From the NCBI GenBank assembly GCA_964648105.1, contig CAZYMH010000002.1:118101-182100 (forward strand): a DNA stretch of 64,000 nt, read 5' to 3'. A model generated the notes under the pieces. That model was not told the origin of the DNA. It did no database searches and worked only from the letters and a program-made list of their open reading frames with translations. Below, in pieces: positions 42,788-52,157 of the stretch. Source of the DNA: an uncultured Candidatus Saccharibacteria bacterium (GTDB lineage: Bacteria; Patescibacteriota; Saccharimonadia; Saccharimonadales; 2-12-FULL-41-12). The stretch's first letter is position 1; each line of letters begins with the position of its first letter. A program made the position numbers and the translations under genes.

Positions 42788-43816
42788 ATGGCAACGTATA
42801 AAGTAATTCAAGATATTGAGGCAGAAGATAAGTTTTTAGGGCCAATGAGCCTAAAGCAATTTATCTTTTTTGTGGGAGGGGCTTTGGCTGCCTACATGAG
42901 TTTTATATCGCTGACCAAAGGCTTTGGGGTGGCGGTAGTTTTGTTTGGACCAATTGCTCTTTTGGGCTTCTTTTTGGCAGTGCCATGGAGCAAAGACCAG
43001 CCAACTGAGGTGTGGGTGCTGGCAAAGCTGAAATTTTATTTTAAATCGCGTAAAAGTATTTGGGATCAAAGTGGTGTAGAAGAGTTGGTAACTATAACTG
43101 TACCCAAAAAAGAAGAAAAGCAACTAACCGACAACTTGTCGCAGAACGAGGTTAAAAGCCGCTTAAACGCACTGGCCAAAACTATTGATAGTCGCGGCTG
43201 GGCAGTCAAGGAAGCTACCTTGGCGTACGGTGCTTATAGCCCGCGCAGTACCGCCGAAAGTGACCGCTTGGTAGGTGTTGAGACTTTGCCAGAGGAAGTG
43301 CCAATAATTGATACAAGTTCGATACCTGACGTTTATGTCGACGATACAGTCACTTCACAAAATCTTGATAGAATGATCGAACAAAGCAACGAACTGCGAC
43401 GTATGCAAAATTTGAACAAAATGGATAAGGTAAGAGACGGTGTACCGATCGACAAAGTTCGGACGCCTGATGTTCATATAACTCCCCCATCTGTTGCCAA
43501 CCAACTTAGTCCAGCTGATGAGAAGAAATTGACCGAAGATTTAAAGCGTAGCTCAGCTCCAAACCATATTGCTACCTCAAATATGCGTACCCTCAATCCA
43601 CTGGGTCAACCGAGTACAGATAAAAAAACTGATCATGGTCCTGCTAAACAAAAACCAACCCATTCTCCGTCCCACACAAATCAACCTGCCAAAAGTAAGC
43701 TGTCTGCTGATATAATGAATCTAGCGAACAATAATGATTTGAGCGTAGAGACAATTGCCCATCAAGCCAAAAAAGAGCAAGATAAAGACGACGAAATAGT
43801 GGTGTCTCTACATTAA
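42788..43816 (+). CDS. PrgI-family (VirB3-like) T4SS membrane protein with long hydrophilic tail
   Basis: YKVIQDIEAEDKFLGPMSLKQFIFFVGGALAAYMSF followed by a second TM helix matches the PrgI-family N-terminus. Confidence 0.6.
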   Translation: MATYKVIQDIEAEDKFLGPMSLKQFIFFVGGALAAYMSFISLTKGFGVAVVLFGPIALLGFFLAVPWSKDQPTEVWVLAKLKFYFKSRKSIWDQSGVEELVTITVPKKEEKQLTDNLSQNEVKSRLNALAKTIDSRGWAVKEATLAYGAYSPRSTAESDRLVGVETLPEEVPIIDTSSIPDVYVDDTVTSQNLDRMIEQSNELRRMQNLNKMDKVRDGVPIDKVRTPDVHITPPSVANQLSPADEKKLTEDLKRSSAPNHIATSNMRTLNPLGQPSTDKKTDHGPAKQKPTHSPSHTNQPAKSKLSADIMNLANNNDLSVETIAHQAKKEQDKDDEIVVSLH

Positions 43817-43839
43817 AATATCAGGGTGGAAAAATATAA

Positions 43840-44787
43840 GTGAATCCAAATCAACAACCATACTATCAGCAAAACAATTCGGCTCAGCCTACTCAGCCAC
43901 AGCCTATGGCGGCGGGACAATACCCACAAAATCCGAGTATGGTAGGCGGGCCAGTTCCTGGAAGCTACATGCCCCAGGCTGGCCCAAACGGGATGATACC
44001 AAGTCAAGTGCCTGTTCAGGCTAGCGGCCAGCCAATCACTCAACCGAAAAATCCGGTTAACCCCAATAGTACTCAAAATCATCTGTTAATTGCTGAAATT
44101 CGTGATGGAATTGTGATTATGAACGATGGCTCATACCGTGCGGTGATTATGGTAAAATCGATAAATTTTGACCTGATGAGTCCCCAAGAGCGGGAAGCTG
44201 TCGAGTTTAGTTACCAAGGGTTTTTGAACTCACTATACTTTCCTGTGCAGATATTTATTCGCTCGCAAAAGGTCGACCTGCGGCAATATATCGATAAACT
44301 CGACAAAATTCGGGTCGAGCATGAGAATATGCTGCTAGCTATGCTAATGGACGATTATATTGGCTTTATCGACGATTTGGCGGCCCAAACCAATATTATG
44401 GACAAGCATTTTTATGTGGTGATCCCGTATTTTCCAATCGCCGAGAGTACCAAGCCGCTAGCCCAAAGTAAGGGCCTGCTCGATGGAGTAGTTAGTATGT
44501 TCGGTAGCTCAAAAACTCATGTGGTTATTAATGAAGCAGACCTTGAGGCGGCCAAAACCGAGCTACGCAACCGTGTTCAAGCGGCTTTGGGGGGACTTAT
44601 GCAGTGTGGTATACAGGGTTTGCCGCTCGACACCCAAGAATTAATTGAGCTGTATTACGATAGTTATAATCCCGACACGGCTACTCGTCAGCAACTTAAG
44701 AATTTTAATGACCTAAATGCACCTGTTATTACCAAAGGTCAGGGTCAGGCACCGCAACCTAATTTAGATAGGGAAATGGTACAGTAA
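43840..44787 (+). CDS. T4SS-associated protein with Q/P-rich N-terminus
   Basis: GTG start. The core LLIAEIRDGIVIMNDGSYRAVIMVKSINFDLMSPQEREAVEFSYQGFLNSL resembles the N-terminal domain of VirB4/TrsE-type ATPases. Its stop overlaps the virB4 start. Confidence 0.4.
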   Translation: MNPNQQPYYQQNNSAQPTQPQPMAAGQYPQNPSMVGGPVPGSYMPQAGPNGMIPSQVPVQASGQPITQPKNPVNPNSTQNHLLIAEIRDGIVIMNDGSYRAVIMVKSINFDLMSPQEREAVEFSYQGFLNSLYFPVQIFIRSQKVDLRQYIDKLDKIRVEHENMLLAMLMDDYIGFIDDLAAQTNIMDKHFYVVIPYFPIAESTKPLAQSKGLLDGVVSMFGSSKTHVVINEADLEAAKTELRNRVQAALGGLMQCGIQGLPLDTQELIELYYDSYNPDTATRQQLKNFNDLNAPVITKGQGQAPQPNLDREMVQ

Positions 44788-46703
44788 TGGGACTTTTTGG
44801 AGGTAAAAAACCAACTTTTGACCCTGTGGCAGCGGCTCAGGCTCAACAACTCCGCGAACAACAGGAGGTTGATGCCGCATTTCGTAAGGGCATAACTGCT
44901 TTACGTGATTTCATTGCCCCAAGCTCGATTGAGCTAAACTCGAATTATTTCCAACTTGGCACACGATTTGCTCGAACTTACTATGTTTATGGCTACCCAA
45001 GGCAGTTAACAACAGGCTGGTTGTCGTCGATGGTGAATTTGGACGAAGTTTTGGACTTGTCGATATTTATTTATCCTGTCGAAAGCCAGGTAGTCCTAAA
45101 AAATTTGCAAAAAAAGGTAGCCCAGCTCGAGGCGGGTGTAATGATTGATAGCGAAAAGGGGAGAGTTCGTGACCCAGCCAAGCAGTCGGCGATTGTCGAT
45201 GCCGAGGAGATGCGTGATAAGTTGCAAGTAGGCGAGGAGCGGTTCTTTCGACTAGGACTATACTTTACGGTGTATGCTGGCTCGGTAGATGAAATGGAGT
45301 TTGTGTCGCATAAAATCGAATCGATCTTGGGGCAACAATTAGTTTATTCTAAACCCGCTACGTCTCAGCAAGAGCAAGGCCTCAATAGCACGATTCCTCA
45401 GTTTACTGATCAGTTGCAAATTCGCCGTAACATGAATACAGGGGCAATTAGTACCAGCTTTCCATTTACTAGTGCCGACCTGACTCAAGACAATGGCATT
45501 TTATATGGCATAAACATGCATAACTCGGGGTTAGTGATTTTTGATAGATTTACTCTAGAAAACGGTAATGCTGTGGTTTTTGCCAAGTCTGGTGCTGGTA
45601 AATCGTTCACTGTTAAATTAGAAGCTCTAAGAAGCATGATGATGGGGACCGAGGTGTTTATTATCGATCCCGAAAACGAGTATCAGCGAATGTGCGAAGC
45701 AGTTGGCGGAGCATATGTACGGCTGAGTTTGTCGTCGGCGACTCGCATCAATCCGTTTGACCTACCTCAAGTCGTCGACACCGAAGAAGCCGATAATGCC
45801 CTAAGAAGCAGCTTAATTACTCTGCACGGGCTACTCAGGTTAATGATGGGTGGAGCTCAAGCTCAAATGAGCAACAATGGAGCCATGATGGCCCCACCGA
45901 TGACTCCTAGCGAAGAAGCCGACCTGGATGCAGCTTTGATAGAAACTTACGCCAAGGCAGGTATTACCAACGACCCATTAACTCATCAGTCAATACCACC
46001 AACGATTAGTGATTTGTATGACACACTGCTGCACATGGGCGGCAATGGCCCTCAATTGGCCCAAAGATTACGCAAATACACAAGCGGCACATTTGCGGGG
46101 ATTTTCTCGCAGCAAAGTAATATCAATATCAACAACCCGATGGTCGTCTTTAATATTCGTGACCTTGAGGACGAACTACGACCAGTTGCTATGTTTATTG
46201 TGCTTAATTATATCTGGAACAAGACCAAAACCGACCAAAAACGTCGCATCATGATTGTCGATGAAGCTTGGCAACTGATGAAGTACGAGGATAGTGCCAA
46301 CTTTATGTTTAGTTTAGCTAAACGAGCCCGTAAATATAACTTGGGCATCACGACTATTTCGCAAGATGTCGAAGATTTTATGGGAAGTCGCATGGGCCGA
46401 GCAATCGTCGCTAACTCATCGATGCAAATTCTGCTCAAACAATCGCCATCGGCAGTTGATGTATTGGCCGACGTCTTCAAGTTAACTAGCGAAGAGCGGA
46501 AGCGTCTTAGTCAATTCCCAGTTGGTCAAGGGTTATTTTTTGCTGGCCAAAACCATGTTCATATTCAGGTTACAGCTAGCCCAACCGAGACTAGCTTAAT
46601 TACAACCAACCCTCAGCAAGTTCAACAAATGAATCAATATGGCGAAATTTCTGGCAACCAAGGTACTATCGACCTCCAAAATCGTCTATCGCCTGGGGTA
46701 TAA
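44787..46703 (+). CDS. virB4: VirB4/TrsE/PrgJ-type T4SS ATPase
   Basis: Walker A FAKSGAGKSFTVK and Walker B RRIMIVDEAWQLM, plus the N-terminal IAPSSIELNSNYFQLGTRFARTYYVYGYPR pattern. Confidence 0.85.
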   Translation: MGLFGGKKPTFDPVAAAQAQQLREQQEVDAAFRKGITALRDFIAPSSIELNSNYFQLGTRFARTYYVYGYPRQLTTGWLSSMVNLDEVLDLSIFIYPVESQVVLKNLQKKVAQLEAGVMIDSEKGRVRDPAKQSAIVDAEEMRDKLQVGEERFFRLGLYFTVYAGSVDEMEFVSHKIESILGQQLVYSKPATSQQEQGLNSTIPQFTDQLQIRRNMNTGAISTSFPFTSADLTQDNGILYGINMHNSGLVIFDRFTLENGNAVVFAKSGAGKSFTVKLEALRSMMMGTEVFIIDPENEYQRMCEAVGGAYVRLSLSSATRINPFDLPQVVDTEEADNALRSSLITLHGLLRLMMGGAQAQMSNNGAMMAPPMTPSEEADLDAALIETYAKAGITNDPLTHQSIPPTISDLYDTLLHMGGNGPQLAQRLRKYTSGTFAGIFSQQSNININNPMVVFNIRDLEDELRPVAMFIVLNYIWNKTKTDQKRRIMIVDEAWQLMKYEDSANFMFSLAKRARKYNLGITTISQDVEDFMGSRMGRAIVANSSMQILLKQSPSAVDVLADVFKLTSEERKRLSQFPVGQGLFFAGQNHVHIQVTASPTETSLITTNPQQVQQMNQYGEISGNQGTIDLQNRLSPGV

Positions 46704-46713
46704 TTAATAGATT

Positions 46714-49700
46714 ATGGCCCTCAGGACACCGCATGACCAAACCGATAATCTTCATGGCGAGCAAGAAAAAGAACCATTATTTAGTGGCGATGAAGGACTA
46801 GATAACGGAGCAATTTATGACGATCAAAAAACGCCACTGGGCGATGACTCGGACCCTCGCGGCGAAGATAATATTGGGGCTGGTAAATCAAGCGACCCGC
46901 GTAACGAAGCTTTAAACCCTGAACAACTAGCCGATAAAGAAAATTCTGGTAGCGATGATGAAAATTCTAGCCAAGCCGAAACCGACGAAAAAAACAGCCT
47001 CTATACAGGTACCGAAAAACCAGGCAAACTAAGTAGCTTTCGCCAAAAATTCACCATCAAAACCACCCGCCGCAAAGCAAGTATTGGAATTGTTGCAGCC
47101 ATGTTGGGGCTTGGTGGTTTTGGGGGTTTTGCCATACTTCAAGGTCCAATGCAATTTGTACATATGGCACAGTTACTACAAAAGCACTTTCGGTTAAACG
47201 AAGATTTTGGCGATGAACGAGGCAGTAAAGTCTTGCTTTACTCTCTATTAGACAAAGGAGCACAAAATGGTCGCTTAGGCATGGCTGGCAATAAAGCAGC
47301 AGATAAGTGGGAAAAAAATTTACTTGAAAATACTGGTATGCGACCAGTTTATACAGACGGAACAAGAAGATTTGCTGGATTTGAAATAGTTGACGAAGAG
47401 AAAGCATTTAAATTTCTTGATTCTCAAGACGGCAAAAATCGACAACGTATTGAGAATTCTATGGGTAAGGGTGCAGAAATTGCTAATGGAAATAATAAAG
47501 TCATAAACTCGGACGGAGAAAGATTGGGTAGTGATCGGAGATTTCTTGACTTATCAAACGTTAATTTTTCGGAAAGACGAAAAATGATAAAAACTATCGG
47601 CAAAGCTACTTCCATATATAAAGTCCCCGGCAGTGTTGCTTCTCGTTTACTTATAAAACGTGGTGGCGTGAACTTCCACCCCTTAAATAAGATAAAAGAC
47701 AAAACCGATAAAGGAGTTGCAGATTTTTTAGAAAAACGTAATAAGAATATTACTGACGGATCACTGGAGGCTGATGGACCTAATGCAAAAACTCAAACAA
47801 ATGCCGATGGCAAAGAGGTCACGCCTGAAGCAGACGTAAAAGCTTCGGGTGATACAAAAAGTTTTATCGATGATTTTAAAAAAACTGGAGCATTCAAAAC
47901 TGCTAGTAGTGGAGCGGTGGTGGTCGGAGTCTTATGTACAGCAAAATCTGTAGGAAATAATGTAGCTGACTACAAATATAAAAGTAACTATTTGCCAATG
48001 CTGAGGTTAGGTGGACAGGTTGTTACAACTGGTAACCAAGTGATGAGTGGAGATGATTTAAATATGGATTCTTTAAAGGTTATGAATCAGTTTATGTATG
48101 ACAAACAAAAGAAAACATCATGGACTCAAGCTGCCAGTGTAAGGGCCGAAAATGGTCAAACTGGCGGGGTTGCGATGCCAAACGAAGCTAGACTTAGTAG
48201 CATCGAAGATAAACCAAAGTTGTTTGATGTACTTGATAAAATACCTGGTCTTGGAGAAGTTTGCGGAGTGCAAGATACAATCAGTAACTTACCAATAATC
48301 AGCAATGTGTCGAATCTTGCTGGCTCAATAGTTCAAAAGCTAGCCGATCAAGCACTTAGTTTAGGGGGTACTAGCACCAATGATCTTATGGAGTCGGCGA
48401 TGAAAGCTATCGCAGGTAAAGCGGTCGACCCTAATGCTAAAGGTGCAGATTTTGGCAACCTAGCAAATGCAGGAGCTTTTTATGCAGCTAATGATGCAGC
48501 TCGAGCCAGAGGTGGACTTAATATGACAGCTCAAGAAACTGCAACTCTTAATAATTTATTACATAATGAAGAAAATTCAGAAAATAATCAAAAGAGCTTT
48601 TATGCTAAGTACATTGACCCAAAAAACTCAATGACTATTTTTGGGTCATTGATTGATTTACCAGCTCAGTCTATAGTGAGTTCGAACTTTGAAAATTTAA
48701 GTAATTTTCCTTCGATGTTTTTTGCCAAAACTTATGCTCAAAATCAAACAACTGGTTACGATTATGGGGAAACGAAAGTTGGATTTAGTTTAGAAGAACG
48801 TGCAGACCCTAGATTTGAAGATCCTTTTGCAAACGCTAAAATTGTCATACCACAACTCGACGAACTGAATGCAAGATATAGCAAATGTTTCGGAATGAAA
48901 ATTACTGTAGAGGATAATAAGCCTGTAATCGAAAATGGCGAGACGGTTAATCCTTTTTCAAACGACTACAAAGATGAATGCAAAAAAAATAATGATGAAA
49001 TGTTTTTACGATATAGATTTTATATAAACGATGTAGTGACTGGCTTATCACTAGATTGCTACGAAGGCGATGAAGATGCTTGTCAACAGTTATATCCATC
49101 TGGCAGCAATACAGTAGTAAGTGAAGATCAAAATAATAATGCTGGCATAGCTGGAGATTTGCTAAAAACAATCACTATTAGCTCACCTGGCGAGTTTATT
49201 ACATTACCAAAAAAATATTCTTGCCCAGGAAGAACTACCGAGATTGATTCAAGAATTGCTCCCGCACTAGCTTATATCCTTGATACTTATAATATGTGTG
49301 CTGATGATGGACTAAAAAATGGACATCGAAGCCATGGAGCAGGATTTGGTGTTGACGTAAGACCAAAAGACCAAGCAAAACAAAATGATAAAAATGAATG
49401 GAAAAATACTGCCGAAAAATTCCTAAGGGATATAAATTGGTGGGGTGCATCTGCAGATCAAGGAAATATAAAAGGTTGTGCTTTCTACAGTGGCTACGGG
49501 ACCTGTGTAGGTGGAGCAAGTGGCCCCAACGGAAAAATACCTACATGGGTAAGATGGTTAGGCTATAACGGAGATATAGATCACGGTGACCCATGGCATG
49601 TTTTTGGTGGTAGCTACGCACATATACATATTGGATGGCAAAATCCGAGTGGCGATACAGTCTCTCCGAACATAATATCGAGTCCTAGGTCTAATGCTTA

Positions 49701-50274
49701 CACTTTTGCCGTACCAATACCAGATGATATAAAAGGACTTTTGTCAGATAAACTATTACAGGAACTTCAGGCGAAAAGCCCAGATCCGATGACTCAGTCA
49801 GAAAATATCGGCTCAGGTTCATCTGACTTAACCCAACTTGCACAACAACTAATCCAGATGAGTAAAAATGGCAAAATTAACATAGCAAACTACTCGACTA
49901 ATCCATCTTCAGACACTAAAGATCGATCCTTAGCCTCATTGCAGCTTGCCGACCTTGCCGCTGGTAAAAAAATAAATCTTTCAACCAGATGTAGCGATAG
50001 AAACCCCTCAATTTCAAGTCCAATTACTCCGAACCCAAAAATACTCCAATTCTTGGTCGAATTAGGCCAATCCTCTCATTACGAATTAAACACTTTGGCT
50101 GGCCAATGTCATCGTTCAAATTCCAATCATTATCATGGAACAGCAGTAGATTTTGGATGTTCGACTACTAACACCTCTGAAGCCGATAAAATTGGGATAA
50201 AATATGGCATTTCTAGAAATAATGAAAATTGTGCAAATAATGGTCATTGGCATTATTCAATCGGAGGCAACTAA
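46714..50274 (+). CDS. Giant (1186 aa) membrane-anchored protein with two C-terminal LAS/M15-type zinc peptidase-like domains
   Basis: Disordered acidic N-terminus, a TM helix at IGIVAAMLGLGGFGGFAIL, then GHRSHGAGFGVDV...HIHIGW and SNHYHGTAVDF...GHWHY (SxHxxGxAxD + H motifs). Confidence 0.6.
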   Translation: MALRTPHDQTDNLHGEQEKEPLFSGDEGLDNGAIYDDQKTPLGDDSDPRGEDNIGAGKSSDPRNEALNPEQLADKENSGSDDENSSQAETDEKNSLYTGTEKPGKLSSFRQKFTIKTTRRKASIGIVAAMLGLGGFGGFAILQGPMQFVHMAQLLQKHFRLNEDFGDERGSKVLLYSLLDKGAQNGRLGMAGNKAADKWEKNLLENTGMRPVYTDGTRRFAGFEIVDEEKAFKFLDSQDGKNRQRIENSMGKGAEIANGNNKVINSDGERLGSDRRFLDLSNVNFSERRKMIKTIGKATSIYKVPGSVASRLLIKRGGVNFHPLNKIKDKTDKGVADFLEKRNKNITDGSLEADGPNAKTQTNADGKEVTPEADVKASGDTKSFIDDFKKTGAFKTASSGAVVVGVLCTAKSVGNNVADYKYKSNYLPMLRLGGQVVTTGNQVMSGDDLNMDSLKVMNQFMYDKQKKTSWTQAASVRAENGQTGGVAMPNEARLSSIEDKPKLFDVLDKIPGLGEVCGVQDTISNLPIISNVSNLAGSIVQKLADQALSLGGTSTNDLMESAMKAIAGKAVDPNAKGADFGNLANAGAFYAANDAARARGGLNMTAQETATLNNLLHNEENSENNQKSFYAKYIDPKNSMTIFGSLIDLPAQSIVSSNFENLSNFPSMFFAKTYAQNQTTGYDYGETKVGFSLEERADPRFEDPFANAKIVIPQLDELNARYSKCFGMKITVEDNKPVIENGETVNPFSNDYKDECKKNNDEMFLRYRFYINDVVTGLSLDCYEGDEDACQQLYPSGSNTVVSEDQNNNAGIAGDLLKTITISSPGEFITLPKKYSCPGRTTEIDSRIAPALAYILDTYNMCADDGLKNGHRSHGAGFGVDVRPKDQAKQNDKNEWKNTAEKFLRDINWWGASADQGNIKGCAFYSGYGTCVGGASGPNGKIPTWVRWLGYNGDIDHGDPWHVFGGSYAHIHIGWQNPSGDTVSPNIISSPRSNAYTFAVPIPDDIKGLLSDKLLQELQAKSPDPMTQSENIGSGSSDLTQLAQQLIQMSKNGKINIANYSTNPSSDTKDRSLASLQLADLAAGKKINLSTRCSDRNPSISSPITPNPKILQFLVELGQSSHYELNTLAGQCHRSNSNHYHGTAVDFGCSTTNTSEADKIGIKYGISRNNENCANNGHWHYSIGGN

Positions 50275-52157
50275 TGAGGTTTGATCTTTGCCTAAACATT
50301 AATAAATTTTTTTTATATATTATTTTTTTAATATTTTCAGCCATCATACTATCACAACCATACACAGCTCAAGCCCTCACCGAACAACAACGAAGGTTGT
50401 CACAAAAAGGCATTTACTATTACGATATAGAACAGAATGGTTGTGATCCTTCCTCTGACAACACTACTACAAACGATCTTAGCCCAGGCAATGGCTCACC
50501 AAACGGAACAGAATTTCCAAAACTGGATCCTTCCTCAATGGCAAATGCGATAAATAAATATATAGAAAAAAACTATCCAAATAGCACCTTGAAAGGATTG
50601 GGGGAGACAATTGTAGCAAGTTCTAGCAATTCAAACATCAACCCGTTCTTGATTGTTTCGATAGCTCAGAAAGAATCTCAGATGGCAGACGCAGGAGACT
50701 ATAATGTCAGAAACGGAAATAATGGATTTGGAAGAACTGCAACCTCTAGCCAACCTCACTTTATTGGTGCTAGAACATGGTATAAATGGTCGTCACCGAA
50801 AGCTAGCGTTGACTACACAGCACCAGAAAATAAGAAAACCAAAATTGGAGATATGCCAAGTTACCTTAGGAATTCCGGTTTTTACACTAAAGCTCTAAAA
50901 ACTAATGATATTACAAAATTAATGAAGACTTACGCACCACCAAGTGAAAACGATACGTTGGGTTACGTAAATGAGATCAAAAAAACTACCGCTAGTTTAA
51001 CGGCCTTAGCAAACGGGTCTACGGTTGATTCACCGAGCGATAACCCAGCTGCTAATGATGTAGGTACCGTCAGTGGCGGTGATGGTTGTTGTGCTATCCA
51101 ATCAGACGTTAGTGTTGACGGTGTCGACCCTAAATCAAAAATTTGGAATATGTTAACTCAAGAGATGGGCTTTACTCCTCTTCAAGCGGCAGGAATAATG
51201 GGTAATATCGAACAAGAAAGTGGATTTAATCCAACTGCCTTAAACCCGAGTTCAGGTGCCTACGGTATCGTTCAGTGGCGAGAGAACAGAAAGACAGCTC
51301 TTGAGCAAAAAGCTAGCCAAAAAGGCGTACCAATTAGTAATATCGATGTACAGCTTGAGCATTTTAAGGACGAGCTTAACACTTCTTATAAATCAAGTGT
51401 CACAGACCCTATCAAAAAGTCGAATAATCTAGCAGAAGTTACAAGAATTTTTCTAGAAAAATTTGAGGTACCGTGTACGCCTGGAAGTAGTGCGTGTGAT
51501 AATGAAATGAATATTCGGCTGCCAAATGCCCAAAAATTACAAAACGGACCAGCTGGAAGTACAGAAATTAGTGCTACACCTGCAAGTGTATGCGGAAATA
51601 ATACTCCGATAGTTTTATCGAATATTGAAATAAAAAAATTGCCAAGACCAATGGCTACCCCTGGAGGCAAAATTACACCAAAAGGCATAACGCTACACTG
51701 GTGGGGAACAAATACAGATAGTTATAAAGGTAATGGCATACAAACACTTGTAAGCTGGTTAGGCGGAAACTCTAGTTGTGGTGCAGGTGGCTGCTCTGTA
51801 CAGGTTGGCATTACGAAAGAAGGCGAAGTTTATCAAATGACAAGAGATTTACTTGATCTAACTTATCATGCAAAAGGCGGTAACAGTACTACAATCGGAA
51901 TAGAAATTGAAGGTGGACCTGGCGATTTTGGAAAAGACGGCATAGCCAAACAACCCAAAAAGTATGCAGCCGTTGTGGCTACTGTTAAAGCATTGATGGA
52001 AAAATATAATATACCACTCGAAGGTGTTATTGAATGTGATAATGTTTCTGGTGTTCACTCCCACAAAGACTTAGCTAAATGTGGCAATCAAGGTAAAACC
52101 GATATAGACAATTATTATTTCGATCAAGTTATTAAAGATATAAAGGGTGCAAATTAG
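50274..52157 (+). CDS. Multidomain peptidoglycan hydrolase (lysozyme/glucosaminidase-like + phage-tail-lysozyme-like + Amidase_2)
   Basis: The ATG at 50274 follows GGAGG and overlaps the previous stop (TAATG). Motifs are SIAQKESQ, GIMGNIEQESGFNPTA...GIVQWRENR, and ITLHWWGT...HAKGGNSTTIGIEIEG...HSHKD. Confidence 0.7.
   Translation: MRFDLCLNINKFFLYIIFLIFSAIILSQPYTAQALTEQQRRLSQKGIYYYDIEQNGCDPSSDNTTTNDLSPGNGSPNGTEFPKLDPSSMANAINKYIEKNYPNSTLKGLGETIVASSSNSNINPFLIVSIAQKESQMADAGDYNVRNGNNGFGRTATSSQPHFIGARTWYKWSSPKASVDYTAPENKKTKIGDMPSYLRNSGFYTKALKTNDITKLMKTYAPPSENDTLGYVNEIKKTTASLTALANGSTVDSPSDNPAANDVGTVSGGDGCCAIQSDVSVDGVDPKSKIWNMLTQEMGFTPLQAAGIMGNIEQESGFNPTALNPSSGAYGIVQWRENRKTALEQKASQKGVPISNIDVQLEHFKDELNTSYKSSVTDPIKKSNNLAEVTRIFLEKFEVPCTPGSSACDNEMNIRLPNAQKLQNGPAGSTEISATPASVCGNNTPIVLSNIEIKKLPRPMATPGGKITPKGITLHWWGTNTDSYKGNGIQTLVSWLGGNSSCGAGGCSVQVGITKEGEVYQMTRDLLDLTYHAKGGNSTTIGIEIEGGPGDFGKDGIAKQPKKYAAVVATVKALMEKYNIPLEGVIECDNVSGVHSHKDLAKCGNQGKTDIDNYYFDQVIKDIKGAN

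Noticed and set aside
43840-44787. Interpretation of 43840-44787 as the split-off N-terminal domain of VirB4 (a frameshifted virB4)
   Set aside because: The downstream 638-aa VirB4 already has its own N-terminal domain pattern and a normal length for Gram-positive VirB4/TrsE proteins. The similarity may reflect a paralogous domain, so the protein is left as a T4SS-associated hypothetical.
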